Numbered from the stretch's first letter, positions 41,660-52,190 are shown. The stretch: 64,000 nt of DNA from Saprospiraceae bacterium (GCA_029251525.1 JAQXDE010000048.1:42515-106514), one strand, 5' to 3'. Made by a program: numbers and translations. Notes: a model not told the origin generated them from the sequence alone.

Positions 41660-42790
41660 TTAACCTTTCTTGAGAGTTACAGGAATTTGTTTAATTTTCC
41701 CACCTCTATTAATTGTAATATTAACTTTTTCTCCCTGTCGCTTAGTACCTACAAGTTCTTGTAGTTTTGGAGAAGAATTAACTGTTATTCCATTAACTTT
41801 GATGATTACATCATCTTTTTTGATGCCTGCATATTCTGCAGCACCACTTTCAACTGTATTTGTGACGACAACACCTTGGGTAATGTTTAACCCTAACTCA
41901 TCGGCTAATTCATTATTTAGATTTCGGATATAGACACCTAAAAGGCCTCTTTGATACGAACCAAATTCAATAATATCTTGCGCAATTTTCTCCATGAAAT
42001 TTACTGGAATGGCAAATGAGTATCCTGAGTAACTTCCAGTCTGGGTAGCAATAGCAGTATTGATTCCGAGTAATCGCCCCTGGGCATCAATAAGTGCACC
42101 ACCACTGTTTCCAGGATTAACAGCAGCATCAGTTTGAATAAATGATTCAATAGAATTGCCTCGAATAATTCCAATGTCTCTTCCCTTTGCGCTGATGATT
42201 CCAGCAGTCACAGTTGAATTTAAATCGAAAGGATTGCCAACAGCTAGAACCCACTCACCAATTCTAGCTCGATCTGAATCTGCTTTTTTCAAAACAGGCA
42301 ATTGTCGAGCATCAATTTTTAAAACTGCTAGATCTGCTTGGGCTTCAGTACCAATGACCTTTGCTTTATATGTTCGATTGTTAGACAGAGTAACTTCAAT
42401 ATTGTCAGCATCTTCAATCACATGGTTATTTGTTATAATGTATCCATCTGAACTATAAATAACTCCAGATCCAGTTCCTCCACGAGGACCTCCCTCTCCA
42501 GGATTACCGAAAAGAAAATCAAGTGGATTCCCAGAGTTGTTCTGTTGATTTCTGCCACTAGTTGCTGTTATATGAACAACAGAAGGAGTTGCTTTTTCGG
42601 CAGCATCAGCGAAATCAAATACAGTAGCAACCGATCCTGGTTTAAGATTTAAATTATTGGAAACAGGTTGAGCATATTTTTCAATATCTGAAGCATTTTT
42701 TATTGGAGAAGTAGTAAGAAAGTAAACGCCCATGAGTGTTATCATACCACCAATGATTCCAGCGAAAACAAGCGAAAATAAATTTTTCAT
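41660..42790 (-). CDS. htrA: Periplasmic serine endoprotease DegP/HtrA/DegQ family (trypsin-like plus PDZ). The ORF is open to 42832.
   Basis: Catalytic triad contexts (TNNHV, D, GNSGGAL), a PDZ domain, and an N-terminal TM/signal. Confidence 0.8.
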   Translation of the reverse strand: MKNLFSLVFAGIIGGMITLMGVYFLTTSPIKNASDIEKYAQPVSNNLNLKPGSVATVFDFADAAEKATPSVVHITATSGRNQQNNSGNPLDFLFGNPGEGGPRGGTGSGVIYSSDGYIITNNHVIEDADNIEVTLSNNRTYKAKVIGTEAQADLAVLKIDARQLPVLKKADSDRARIGEWVLAVGNPFDLNSTVTAGIISAKGRDIGIIRGNSIESFIQTDAAVNPGNSGGALIDAQGRLLGINTAIATQTGSYSGYSFAIPVNFMEKIAQDIIEFGSYQRGLLGVYIRNLNNELADELGLNITQGVVVTNTVESGAAEYAGIKKDDVIIKVNGITVNSSPKLQELVGTKRQGEKVNITINRGGKIKQIPVTLKKG

Positions 42791-43052
42791 AATGATTGAC
42801 GTTTTTTGTAAATAAAAAAGTAAATTTTTCAAAAGAATAATTGTAAAAATAACGGTATTGCCTTATGTTTGTTGATATACTAAATTGCTTTAACAGGAAA
42901 TTAACAAGGATGTGAAAACCAATGATCTTTCCAAATTAGTATTAATCAAATACAACAACTACAATCTAAACTCCGTATATCAATTAACTTATTTTAAGGA
43001 TAACACTTATTGGTTTAATAATAACCTTTATTAAAGAAAAACCATCACCGCT

Positions 43053-43634
43053 ATGGAGAAGCATATTCTTCAAATGAATGCTATCGAAGGGCAACTAAAA
43101 CCCGAGACAGATATTGAACATAAATTGATTAACCATCCTGATTTTATGAAAGGCTTGTTCTGGGGACAACCTCGGTATGGTCATCCAGAAGGTAAAATTA
43201 TTTATCATATTGCGGAAGTACTCAAAAATATCGACCAACTAAATATTAATCTCCACACGCGTCAGCAACTTCGATTGATTGCCTTTTTACATGACACATT
43301 TAAATATCTAGAAGATACCAAAAGACCAAGAGATTGGTCTAGGCACCATAGTATATTAGCATTGAACTTTGCTAAGCAATTTATTGAGGACGAAGTTGTG
43401 TTAAAGATTATTGAGCATCATGATGAAGCTTTCTATAGTTGGAGGATGCAATATGTTTTTAATAAAATAGTAGAAGGCGAAAAAAGGATTGAGAAATTAA
43501 AAAAAAATATGGGTGATGATTTGCAAATTTTTTATCTCTTTTTTAAATGCGATACTCGAACAGGAGATAAAAACCAAAAACCATTAAATTGGTTTGAAGC
43601 TACGATTCAAAACATCGAAATAGTAAAATTATAA
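43053..43634 (+). CDS. Hypothetical protein, possibly an HD-domain phosphohydrolase
   Basis: H...HD...D spacing (GHPEG ... FLHDTFK ... HHDEAF). 193 aa. Confidence 0.35.
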   Translation: MEKHILQMNAIEGQLKPETDIEHKLINHPDFMKGLFWGQPRYGHPEGKIIYHIAEVLKNIDQLNINLHTRQQLRLIAFLHDTFKYLEDTKRPRDWSRHHSILALNFAKQFIEDEVVLKIIEHHDEAFYSWRMQYVFNKIVEGEKRIEKLKKNMGDDLQIFYLFFKCDTRTGDKNQKPLNWFEATIQNIEIVKL

Positions 43635-43653
43635 CAATAATAGCTATTTTTTT

Positions 43654-43692
43654 ATACCACTAAATTTCTTCGAGATTTAGTGGTATTTTTTT
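43654..43692 (+). terminator. Rho-independent terminator
   Basis: ATACCACTAAAT-N8-ATTTAGTGGTAT followed by TTTTTTT. Confidence 0.6.
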
Positions 43693-43874
43693 GCAATCAA
43701 CTCAAGCAAAATTAAATGTGGTTCAAAGTCATTATTAAAATATTACTTTTTATAAAATTAAATAGAATTAAAGAAAGCGTTTCAAAGTGAACTTCTATTT
43801 TTTAACAAGAAATATTAATTTTGTGGTACACATTTTTTAAATCATTTTTCTAAAATTAACTAATAATATCTTTT

Positions 43875-45470
43875 ATGAAAAATATTTGGGTCGCATTCAT
43901 TTTTCTTTTTTCAGCTATTCAACTTTTAGGACAAGCTTCTTTAGAGGCTATTGATGATATTCCTTCTAGCCTTGCAGCAACAATTACTGCAGATAATTTA
44001 CGAGCTCACCTAACAGTTCTTGCTTCCGACGAATATGAAGGAAGAGAAACTGGAACAGAGGGGAATCGAAAAGCTGCGCAATATATTGCTAGTTACTTTA
44101 AGTTATTAGATTTGCCAAAAATTGGTGATGATGACTCTTATTATCAAAATGTAATGTTTACTTGGACTAAATGGGAAGAAGCAAGTATAGAAGTTAACGG
44201 AGAAAAATTCAGGCACCTATGGGATTTTTTATCTTTTCCTTCTCGAAATGGAAAAATACCAATGTTACAAATTGATGAAGTAGTATTTCTTGGGTATGGT
44301 ATCGACGATGCAAATTATAGTGATTATGGAAAAAAGAATATGAAGGGTAAAACTATTATGATTTATAAAGGAGAACCTATGGATAAAAAGGGAAATTCTC
44401 GAGTCACGGGAAATACAGCTCCATCTGAATGGACCACAAATTGGAAAATGAAATTAAAAAAGGCTCATGAAAAAGGAGTGAAGATGGTTTTATTTATCGA
44501 GAATAATTTACAAAAGGAAATTAGCGAGAACCGAAGGTTTTTAGTAGGTGCAAAAATGACACTAGGCGAGCAGACTGATCCTTTGACAATTTATGCAAAT
44601 AGTGCCTACATCTCCACTAATATTGCAAAAGCAATCATGGGCAATCAAGCTAGAAAGGTTATAAAGGCTAGAAATAAAATAAAGAAAAAAGGAAAATCAA
44701 GAAGTGTTAAAATTTCAACTGATATAAAAATTATTCAAACTAAAAATATTAAAACTTTAGTTGGAAATAATGTTTTGGGATTTATAGAAGGAAGCGACCC
44801 CAATTTGAAAGATGAAGTAGTAATAGTTACTGCACATTATGATCACTTAGGAAAAAGAGGAGAAGATGTATATAATGGAGCAGATGATAATGGGTCAGGA
44901 ACGAGTACAGTTTTGGAAGTAACAAGAGCATTGGTTGGAGCAAAGAAACAAGGGCAAGGTCCGAGGAGGAGTATATTGTGTATGTTGGTTACAGGGGAAG
45001 AAAAAGGACTATTGGGTTCTCAATTTTATGCTGAGCATCCAATTTTCCCAATTGCTAATACTGTTGCCAATGTGAATGTGGATATGGTAGGACGAGTAGA
45101 TAAAAAATATAAAGATACTCCAAATTACGTCTATGTAATTGGCTCAGATAGGTTGAGTACAGAACTTCATGACATAAATGAAAATGTTAATAAGAAGTAC
45201 ACCAATTTAGTGTTGGATTATACTTATAATGAGGATGATGATCCAAATAGGTATTACTATCGATCAGACCATTATAATTTTGCAGAGAAAGGAATTCCAG
45301 CAATCTTTTATTTTAATGGAACTCACGCAGATTATCACCGGACTTCAGATACGATTGAAAAAATTAATTTTGAAAAAATGGCAATTATTGGAAAATTAGT
45401 TTTTCATACTGCGTGGCAATTAGCAAATCAAGATAAGAGAATTGAGGTTGATGTAGAGGGACGAAATTAA
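43875..45470 (+). CDS. M28 family zinc aminopeptidase with a PA domain, secreted
   Basis: Signal peptide. M28 zinc-binding motifs (HYDHLG, DDNGSGT, GEE, HTxxD). Confidence 0.75.
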   Translation: MKNIWVAFIFLFSAIQLLGQASLEAIDDIPSSLAATITADNLRAHLTVLASDEYEGRETGTEGNRKAAQYIASYFKLLDLPKIGDDDSYYQNVMFTWTKWEEASIEVNGEKFRHLWDFLSFPSRNGKIPMLQIDEVVFLGYGIDDANYSDYGKKNMKGKTIMIYKGEPMDKKGNSRVTGNTAPSEWTTNWKMKLKKAHEKGVKMVLFIENNLQKEISENRRFLVGAKMTLGEQTDPLTIYANSAYISTNIAKAIMGNQARKVIKARNKIKKKGKSRSVKISTDIKIIQTKNIKTLVGNNVLGFIEGSDPNLKDEVVIVTAHYDHLGKRGEDVYNGADDNGSGTSTVLEVTRALVGAKKQGQGPRRSILCMLVTGEEKGLLGSQFYAEHPIFPIANTVANVNVDMVGRVDKKYKDTPNYVYVIGSDRLSTELHDINENVNKKYTNLVLDYTYNEDDDPNRYYYRSDHYNFAEKGIPAIFYFNGTHADYHRTSDTIEKINFEKMAIIGKLVFHTAWQLANQDKRIEVDVEGRN

Positions 45471-45506
45471 GAAATATTTGTGGAGACCATTTAAAGTAAA
45501 AATGAA

Positions 45507-45548
45507 AAGAGCGTTTCAAGTAAAACTTGGACGCTCTATTTCTTTGGA
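45507..45548 (+). terminator. Rho-independent terminator after the M28 peptidase
   Basis: AGAGCGTttCAAG-taaaa-CTTGgACGCTCT followed by ATTTCTTT. Confidence 0.55.
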
Positions 45549-45602
45549 TTATAAAATTCTATTGGTTACAGAGCCTAAGCTTTGCGAGTAGGCAAAAAAA
45601 AA

Positions 45603-45695
45603 GTGAGTTAAGAACCGACCTTACCCCCCAATAAGCTGGTTCCACTCACTTAATTTAAGGTCACTTCTGACCTCAAAGATCTTTGCTTAATTTTC
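45603..45695 (+). ncRNA. Candidate structured sRNA, copy A (two hairpins, C-rich loop)
   Basis: Hairpin 1: GTGAGT(TAA)GAACC...loop TTACCCCCCAATAA...GGTTCCACTCAC. Hairpin 2: GGTCA-CTTC-TGACC, then a conserved CTTT..GCTTAAT tail. Paralogous to 45813-45905, with compensatory substitutions between the copies. Confidence 0.35.
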
Positions 45696-45812
45696 CTGTG
45701 TTCAAATAGTGTTATTAAGTGTTCTTTCTAATACGGGGGTATCTGGGAGGAAATTTAGCAAAATCTTTATCTTTAAAATTCCCTCTTCTGGGAACTATTT
45801 TTTTATAAAAGG

Positions 45813-45905
45813 AGTGAGTAATGAGACCGATATTACCCCCCAATAAATCGGTCTCACTCACCCTTTATAAAGTCATTGCTGACTTTAATTCTTTAAGCTT
45901 AAATC
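45813..45905 (+). ncRNA. Candidate structured sRNA, copy B
   Basis: Hairpin 1: GTGAGT(AAT)GAGACCGAT...TTACCCCCCAATAA...ATCGGTCTCACTCAC (15 bp paired). Hairpin 2: AGTCA-TTGC-TGACT. Followed at 45902-45937 by a hairpin plus T8 terminator. Confidence 0.35.
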
Positions 45906-45937
45906 AGTAAAAACTGATTGTTTGCGTATTTTTTTTC
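45902..45937 (+). terminator. Rho-independent terminator following sRNA candidate copy B
   Basis: AATCAGT-AAAA-ACTGATT followed by GTTTGCGTATTTTTTTT. Confidence 0.5.
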
Positions 45938-46561
45938 ATAAACTTATGGGAGGAATTTGGAAACAGTTAAATTGAATTCACATAGCTAAGTGATAATATT
46001 TCGATTATTTAGTTTCCCAAAGACATATATTTATTTTCAACAACTGTGCCAATCAAGTTTTTTTAACGAATTATTTTTTAATTTAATTTGAAAAATATTA
46101 GCTAAAAAATTATCTCTCTTATTTCTATATACCTACCAATAAGTCTCTTTTCAAAAAGGGTCTACAATTCTTTAATCCATAATAGAATTTTAGAATTTAT
46201 CATCCTTGTAACTTTCTCCTCAACTTTTTAAAAGAGTAATTTATAAGTTACAATTTCTTCTTTTGCAATTTTGAAGCCAACACATACCAATTTAATTTTT
46301 CGAATATCAAAATTGTGACACGGGAAAAAATCACATAGTTGTTTTTTTAATAATTTAATGCGATTAAACTGCACTTTTGGCCTTTTTGTAAAAGGTTAAT
46401 GTTTGCAAGGGTAAAACTGTCTTGTTTCTACGTCATATTGGCAGTTTTAAGGTGATGGCACATCGTTTGGACTGGTGGTAATTGTATATTTTAAACATTG
46501 TTTTTTTCTCAAAATTTGTTTAAAATAATTAATAAATTTCAATCTAGGATCAAAATTTTTT

Positions 46562-46612
46562 AAAAATCTGGAGTTATAACTCCAAAATTCAGATTTTGAT
46601 TTTTTTTTTTTA
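46562..46612 (+). promoter_or_regulatory. Leader hairpin plus 13-T tract ending 14 nt before the htpG start codon (attenuator, thermosensor or upstream terminator)
   Basis: AAAATCTG-GAGTT-AT-AACTC-CAAAATT-CAGATTTT with an inner perfect 7-bp stem TGGAGTT/AACTCCA, then GATTTTTTTTTTTTT. Confidence 0.35.
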
Positions 46613-46626
46613 ATAAAAAACAAACC

Positions 46627-48492
46627 ATGCAAAAAGGTAATATTTCAGTAGAAACGGAAAATATATTTCCCATCATCAAACAATTCCTCTATTCTGATCA
46701 AGAAATATTTTTAAGGGAATTAGTTTCTAACGCAGTCGATGCAACTTCTAAATTAAAAACATTGGCGTCTAAGGGAGAAGTTAAAGGTGAAATTGGCGAT
46801 ATAACTATCGAAGTGTCAGTAGACAAAGAAAATAAGACGATTACGATAGCTGATAAAGGTATCGGGATGACGGAAGCTGAGGTGATGAAGTATTTGAATC
46901 AAGTAGCATTTTCGAGTGCAACAGAATTTCTGGAAAAGTACAAAAATGAAAGTTCAATTATTGGACATTTCGGATTAGGATTTTATTCTGCTTTTATGGT
47001 AGCAGATAAAGTGGAGGTAAAAACTCGTTCTTACAAAAAAAATAAAAAAGGAACGACTTGGACATGTATAGGCGATACTGAATATACAATTGATTCAAAT
47101 GATCGAAAAACTAGGGGAACAGATATCATTTTACACGTCAGCGATGATGCGACAGAGTTTTTAGATGAGGGACGAATTGAAGGTCTTTTGACAAAGTACT
47201 GTAAATTTTTACCAGTAGAGATTAAATTTGGAACCAAAACTGAGACCTCTTTTGAAGGAGAAGGGGATGATCAAACAGAAATTAAAACAGAAATTGATAA
47301 TATTATCAATAATCCAAATCCAATTTGGAAGAAAAAAGCAAATAAATTAAAAGAGGAGGATTATAAAAAATTCTATAATGAATTATATCCTTATTCGACT
47401 CCTCCTATGTTCTGGATTCATTTGGATATTGATTTTCCATTTAACTTAACTGGAATTTTATATTTTCCAAAATTGGGGAATTCAATTGAAGTTCAGAAAA
47501 ATAAAATTCAATTATACTCTAATCAAGTCTATGTAACCGATGAAGTAAAAGAAATTGTACCTGAGTTTTTGACTTTATTGCATGGGGTGATTGATTCACC
47601 AGACATTCCTTTGAATGTCTCTAGAAGTTATTTGCAAAGTGATGCAAATGTTAAAAAAATTACTGGCTATATCACTAAAAAAGTAGCTGATAAATTGGCA
47701 AGCCTTTTTAAGAAGAAAAGAGAAGACTTCGAATCAAAATGGAATGACTTAGGAGTATTCGTAAAATATGGAATGTTGTCTGAAGAAAAATTTCATGATA
47801 AAGCAAAGAAATTTGTTTTATTGAAAGATGTGGATGGTAATCTTTCTACAATTGAAGAATTCAAAGAGAAGATCAAAGACACGCAGACAGATAAGCATAA
47901 TAAATTAGTGATGGTTTACACTAATAATCCTGCAGGTTCGGATACCTATATAGAGGCTGCAAAAAATAAAGGATATTCTGTATTACAATTTGACAATGTC
48001 ATTGATAATCACTTTATGCAGCACATGGAATCAAAATTAGGAGATGTTACTTTCGTTCGAGTAGATTCTGATACTGCTGATAATTTGGTGCAAAAAGATG
48101 AAGTGACTGAATCTGTTTTAAACGAAAAAGAACAAGAGAAAGTAAAAACTTTATTTGAATCAAAAGTAAGCCAGGCAGGTGCAACAATTACAATGAAAGC
48201 ATTGTCACCGGATGATTTACCAGTTCAAATTACTAGGCCTGAATTCATGAGAAGAATGAAAGAGATGCAATCATTGCAAGGTGGTGGAATGGAAGGGTTC
48301 CCTGATAGTTATAATGTGGTAGTGAATTCAAATCATCCTTTAGTTGCAGAAAAGTTGTTGAAAATGCGAAGTGAAGAAAAGAAGGAAGACTTCGTAACAC
48401 ATTTATATGATTTAGCGAGGTTAAATCAAGGGATGTTACAAGGAGCTGAATTAAGTTCATTTGTCAATAAAAGCCTAGAGTTTTTGAAGTAA
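46627..48492 (+). CDS. htpG: Molecular chaperone HtpG (Hsp90)
   Basis: GHKL ATPase N-terminus (ELVSNAVDA, ADKGIGMT, GxxGxGFYSAF). 621 aa. Confidence 0.9.
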   Translation: MQKGNISVETENIFPIIKQFLYSDQEIFLRELVSNAVDATSKLKTLASKGEVKGEIGDITIEVSVDKENKTITIADKGIGMTEAEVMKYLNQVAFSSATEFLEKYKNESSIIGHFGLGFYSAFMVADKVEVKTRSYKKNKKGTTWTCIGDTEYTIDSNDRKTRGTDIILHVSDDATEFLDEGRIEGLLTKYCKFLPVEIKFGTKTETSFEGEGDDQTEIKTEIDNIINNPNPIWKKKANKLKEEDYKKFYNELYPYSTPPMFWIHLDIDFPFNLTGILYFPKLGNSIEVQKNKIQLYSNQVYVTDEVKEIVPEFLTLLHGVIDSPDIPLNVSRSYLQSDANVKKITGYITKKVADKLASLFKKKREDFESKWNDLGVFVKYGMLSEEKFHDKAKKFVLLKDVDGNLSTIEEFKEKIKDTQTDKHNKLVMVYTNNPAGSDTYIEAAKNKGYSVLQFDNVIDNHFMQHMESKLGDVTFVRVDSDTADNLVQKDEVTESVLNEKEQEKVKTLFESKVSQAGATITMKALSPDDLPVQITRPEFMRRMKEMQSLQGGGMEGFPDSYNVVVNSNHPLVAEKLLKMRSEEKKEDFVTHLYDLARLNQGMLQGAELSSFVNKSLEFLK

Positions 48493-48514
48493 AGAATTCA
48501 GTAGAATAAGATAA

Positions 48515-48552
48515 GAAGAGCCATTCTACTAGTTTAGAATGGCTCTTTTTTG
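48515..48552 (+). terminator. Rho-independent terminator after htpG
   Basis: AGAGCCATTCTA-CTAGTT-TAGAATGGCTCT followed by TTTTT. Confidence 0.65.
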
Positions 48553-49210
48553 CGGGGATTATATTCATATGTTTAATATGAGTAATGATTTTATGCGAAC
48601 TTATTTTATAAAATACTTAGAATATTAATCTTGTGCAGAATTTGGTATAATAGAAATGCACCAACTGACCTATTATACTTTTTAAAAAAATATATTAGTG
48701 TTTTAGAAAATTTTCAATTGTTTTTGAATTTCAAAATGAATGGGTATGAATGGTTTCTGTCTAATAAATACGTTCTACTCCTTAGATATATCTTTTACAC
48801 TTTTCTAAAATATATTTTATTCACCACACTACTCATTTTTAATTATATAGCAACTACTACTGAGGAAGGTCTTGGTGATGTGTTCTTGATTTTATACGAG
48901 ATATTTCTAGACTTGTAGAACAAGAAAATATGAAGCTATTTTTAGCAGTTCTTGCAGGTCAATAATTTATAATTTTAATAAGGATAGAGGAACCTAATTA
49001 GACGGCTGTAGAAATATTGGAGCGATTAATGAACTTTATTTCTTACCATTTAATTGGTGAAATTGCAATTGAGTTCAAGTAATGAGAGGGGAGTCTTTTT
49101 TATTTACCTATTCTGAAAGAGGTAAATAATAAAATTGAATAAAGTATAATCCATGTTTTTTTTGGAAGAATAATATTGTCCTTATTCTGTTAATTTACAA
49201 AACGTGTAAA

Positions 49211-49262
49211 TAAAAGGCGCATCAAAGATTAATTTGATGCGCCTTTATTATTTTTTTATTTT
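49211..49262 (-). terminator. Terminator downstream of sdhB. The hairpin is palindromic with T-runs on both sides.
   Basis: AAAGGCGCATCAAA-GATTAA-TTTGATGCGCCTTT followed by ATTATTTTTTTATTTT. Confidence 0.55.
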
Positions 49263-49268
49263 GAAAAA

Positions 49269-50021
49269 TTAAACACTCTTTTCAGAGCCCAAAACCGACC
49301 CAGCATATTGTCGATTCATCAATGCAATATTCGTAATTGAAATCCCCTTTGGGCATTCCGCTTCACAAGCTCCGGTATTGGAGCACATGCCGAAACCTTC
49401 CAAATCCATTTGTTTTACCATTGATTGTACACGGGTAGATTGCTCCACCTCTCCTTGAGGCATCGTACCTAAGTGTGCAACTTTTGCAGAGGTAAATAAC
49501 ATCGCGCTAGCATTAGGGCAAGCAGCGACGCATGCTCCACACCCTATGCACTCTGCTGCATCCATTGCGAAAGCTGATCTACCTTTTTCAATTGGAATGG
49601 CATTCCCATCTTGGGCTTGACCAGTATTTACAGAGATATACCCACCCGCTTGAATGATTCGATCAAAAGAAGAACGATCTACAATCAAGTCTTTGATAAC
49701 GGGAAATGCAACTGCTCGCCAAGGTTCAACAACTACAGTATCACCATCTTTGAATGATCGCATGTGTAACTGGCAAGTAGTGGTTCCTGAATCAGGGCCA
49801 TGAGGCTGACCATTGATGACCATATTACATGACCCACAAATTCCTTCACGACAATCATGTTCGAAAGCAACGGGTGTTTCTTTTTTAGATACCAAGTCTT
49901 CATTTAAAACATCCATCATTTCTAAAAATGACATATGTTCATCTGCTTCTACTTGATGATCCTCTAGGTAACCTTTTGATTCTCCATTCCTTTGTCTCCA
50001 AACTTTTAAATGAATTTTCAT
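49269..50021 (-). CDS. sdhB: Succinate dehydrogenase / fumarate reductase iron-sulfur subunit
   Basis: 2Fe-2S (CxxxxCxxC...C), 4Fe-4S and 3Fe-4S cysteine clusters (CIGCGAC, CSNTGAC). 250 aa. Confidence 0.85.
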   Translation of the reverse strand: MKIHLKVWRQRNGESKGYLEDHQVEADEHMSFLEMMDVLNEDLVSKKETPVAFEHDCREGICGSCNMVINGQPHGPDSGTTTCQLHMRSFKDGDTVVVEPWRAVAFPVIKDLIVDRSSFDRIIQAGGYISVNTGQAQDGNAIPIEKGRSAFAMDAAECIGCGACVAACPNASAMLFTSAKVAHLGTMPQGEVEQSTRVQSMVKQMDLEGFGMCSNTGACEAECPKGISITNIALMNRQYAGSVLGSEKSV

Positions 50022-50137
50022 ATCGAATTTATTTTAGAACGAATTGTATTTGTTTAAAAGATCTAATTCGTTAGTTTTTTAATAGAAATAAAAATACGTC
50101 ACAAGAGTATTAATTGTCTAAAGTTGACCACTCGTTA

Positions 50138-52132
50138 CTATTTGTAAGATCGAGTTTTTAATTCAATGTCTTTAAATTCTAAATGTTCTTTGTGAACTTT
50201 CGGCTCGATTTCATCCCATTCCCAAGCCGCGACGTAAGCATAATCTTCATCGTTACGCTTTGCTTCACCTTCTTCAGAAGCATACTCTGACCTGAAATGT
50301 CCACCACAGCTTTCGTCTCGATCTAAAGCGTCTAACATCATGACTTCTCCTAATTCTAGAAAGTCAGCTACTCTGCTAGCTTTTTCTAATTCAGGATTGA
50401 ATTCATTTACTTCACCAGGAACAAAAACATCATTGTAAAATTCAGCTCTCAAGTCTCGAATCATTTGACGACCTTTTTTCAAGCCTTCTGCATCTCGAGC
50501 CATACCACAGTATTCCCACATGATTTTTCCTAAACGACGGTGGAAACTTTCCACAGATTGGTTTCCTTGGATTTTAATCAGGCGTTCTAATTTTTCATTC
50601 GTCTCTTTTTCAGCAGCCAAAAATTCAGGACTATTTGCATCGATTTGAGGTGTTCGAATTTCTTTTGATAAGAATGGTCCAACAGTATATGGTATAACAA
50701 AATAACCATCAGCCAATCCTTGCATCAATGCCGAAGCTCCTAATCGGTTTGCTCCGTGATCTGAGAAATTTGCTTCTCCCAAACAAAATAATCCTGGAAC
50801 ATTAGTCTCCAAATTATAATCAACCCAAACTCCGCCCATCGTATAATGGACTGCAGGGTAAATTTTCATTGGCATCTTATATGGATTTTCTGCTGTAATC
50901 TTTTCATACATCTGGAAAAGATTACCATATTTTTCCTTGACAACTGCCTCGCCTAATTCTATGATTTTATCATCATTAGGATTCTTGATTCCTTGAGAAA
51001 TGGCGGCTGATTTCCCGTATCGCTGGATAGCTGCGGCAAAATCTAGATACACTGCAAGACCAGTTTTACTAACACCCTTTCCTTCATCACAAGCTACTTT
51101 TGCAGCACGCGAAGCAACATCACGTGGTACTAAATTTCCGAAAGCAGGGTAGCGTCTCTCCAAATAGTAATCTCTATCTGATTCTTCTATATCCAAAGCA
51201 GTTTTCTCACCACGCTGAATAGCTTCAGCATCTTCCACTTTGTTTGGGACCCATACTCGGCCATCGTTTCTTAATGATTCTGACATTAAAGTCAATTTTG
51301 ATTGATACTCACCAGAAACAGGAATACAAGTTGGGTGGATTTGAGTGTAACAAGGATTAGCCATTAAGGCACCTTTTTTAACTGCACGCCAGGCAGCAGT
51401 TACATTCGACCCCATTGCATTGGTAGAAAGGTAAAAAACGTTTCCATAGCCACCTGTTGCTAAAACAACACAATGAGCAGGGAATCTTTCCGACTTTCCA
51501 GTCAACATATTTCGAGCAATAATTCCCCGTGCTTTTCCATCTATTTTCACCAAATCCAACATCTCATGTCGGTTATACATTTCTACATTTCCCAAAGAGA
51601 TTTGTCGAGACAATGCTTGGTAAGCACCTAATAGAAGCTGTTGTCCCGTTTGACCTCTTGCATAGAAGGTTCTCGATACTTGAACTCCACCGAAAGATCG
51701 GTTTGCTAGAAGTCCACCGTATTCCCTCGCAAAAGGAACACCTTGTGCCACACACTGATCGATAATGTTCCTGCTTACCTCAGCTAAGCGGTGAACGTTC
51801 GCCTCACGACTTCGGTAGTCACCACCTTTGACTGTATCATAAAATAGTCGATAAACAGAGTCACCATCATTTTGATAGTTTTTTGCAGCATTGATTCCAC
51901 CCTGGGCAGCAATACTGTGCGCCCGACGAGGACTATCATGAAACGTGAAACATTTCACTTTATAACCCAACTCTCCAAATGTTGCTGCAGCCGAGGCACC
52001 TGCCAATCCAGTTCCTACAACGATAATTTCGAGTCTTCGTTTATTATTGGGCGCAACGAGATTCATCTTTCCTCGATAATTTTCCCACTTAGTTGCGATT
52101 TTACCCTCGGGTATATTTGATTTAAGTTCCAT
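50138..52132 (-). CDS. sdhA: Succinate dehydrogenase / fumarate reductase flavoprotein subunit
   Basis: FAD-binding GxGxxG ([12 protein letters not shown]). Covalent-FAD His region. 664 aa, typical of the Bacteroidetes FrdA/SdhA type. Confidence 0.9.
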   Translation of the reverse strand: MELKSNIPEGKIATKWENYRGKMNLVAPNNKRRLEIIVVGTGLAGASAAATFGELGYKVKCFTFHDSPRRAHSIAAQGGINAAKNYQNDGDSVYRLFYDTVKGGDYRSREANVHRLAEVSRNIIDQCVAQGVPFAREYGGLLANRSFGGVQVSRTFYARGQTGQQLLLGAYQALSRQISLGNVEMYNRHEMLDLVKIDGKARGIIARNMLTGKSERFPAHCVVLATGGYGNVFYLSTNAMGSNVTAAWRAVKKGALMANPCYTQIHPTCIPVSGEYQSKLTLMSESLRNDGRVWVPNKVEDAEAIQRGEKTALDIEESDRDYYLERRYPAFGNLVPRDVASRAAKVACDEGKGVSKTGLAVYLDFAAAIQRYGKSAAISQGIKNPNDDKIIELGEAVVKEKYGNLFQMYEKITAENPYKMPMKIYPAVHYTMGGVWVDYNLETNVPGLFCLGEANFSDHGANRLGASALMQGLADGYFVIPYTVGPFLSKEIRTPQIDANSPEFLAAEKETNEKLERLIKIQGNQSVESFHRRLGKIMWEYCGMARDAEGLKKGRQMIRDLRAEFYNDVFVPGEVNEFNPELEKASRVADFLELGEVMMLDALDRDESCGGHFRSEYASEEGEAKRNDEDYAYVAAWEWDEIEPKVHKEHLEFKDIELKTRSYK

Positions 52133-52190
52133 AATTTTTTTGGATAAAATTTTAAAATGAAAATTTTGTTTGATTCTTTAAAAAACCAGC

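Noticed and set aside
48631-48918. 95-aa ORF in the htpG-sdhB intergenic region
   Set aside because: Extremely low-complexity (Phe/Leu/Tyr/Ile-rich) translation of AT-rich spacer. No start context and no motif.
1790-51765. Many 60-110-aa ORFs nested antisense or out of frame inside large genes (for example 1790..1972, 2101..2301, 2663..2863, 6479..6784, 8597..8917, 11626..11871, 12748..12963, 13108..13341, 18245..18436, 20104..20388, 24362..24595, 26306..26548, 31469..31657, 32228..32416, 34116..34430, 35996..36178, 41670..41933, 42156..42458, 47031..47237, 51529..51765, 54328..54842, 55503..55850, 59564..59854, 60787..61071, 61474..61794, 62440..62676)
   Set aside because: They overlap confidently identified genes on the other strand or frame, have no motifs, and match the low-complexity, AT-driven ORFs expected by chance in low-GC DNA.
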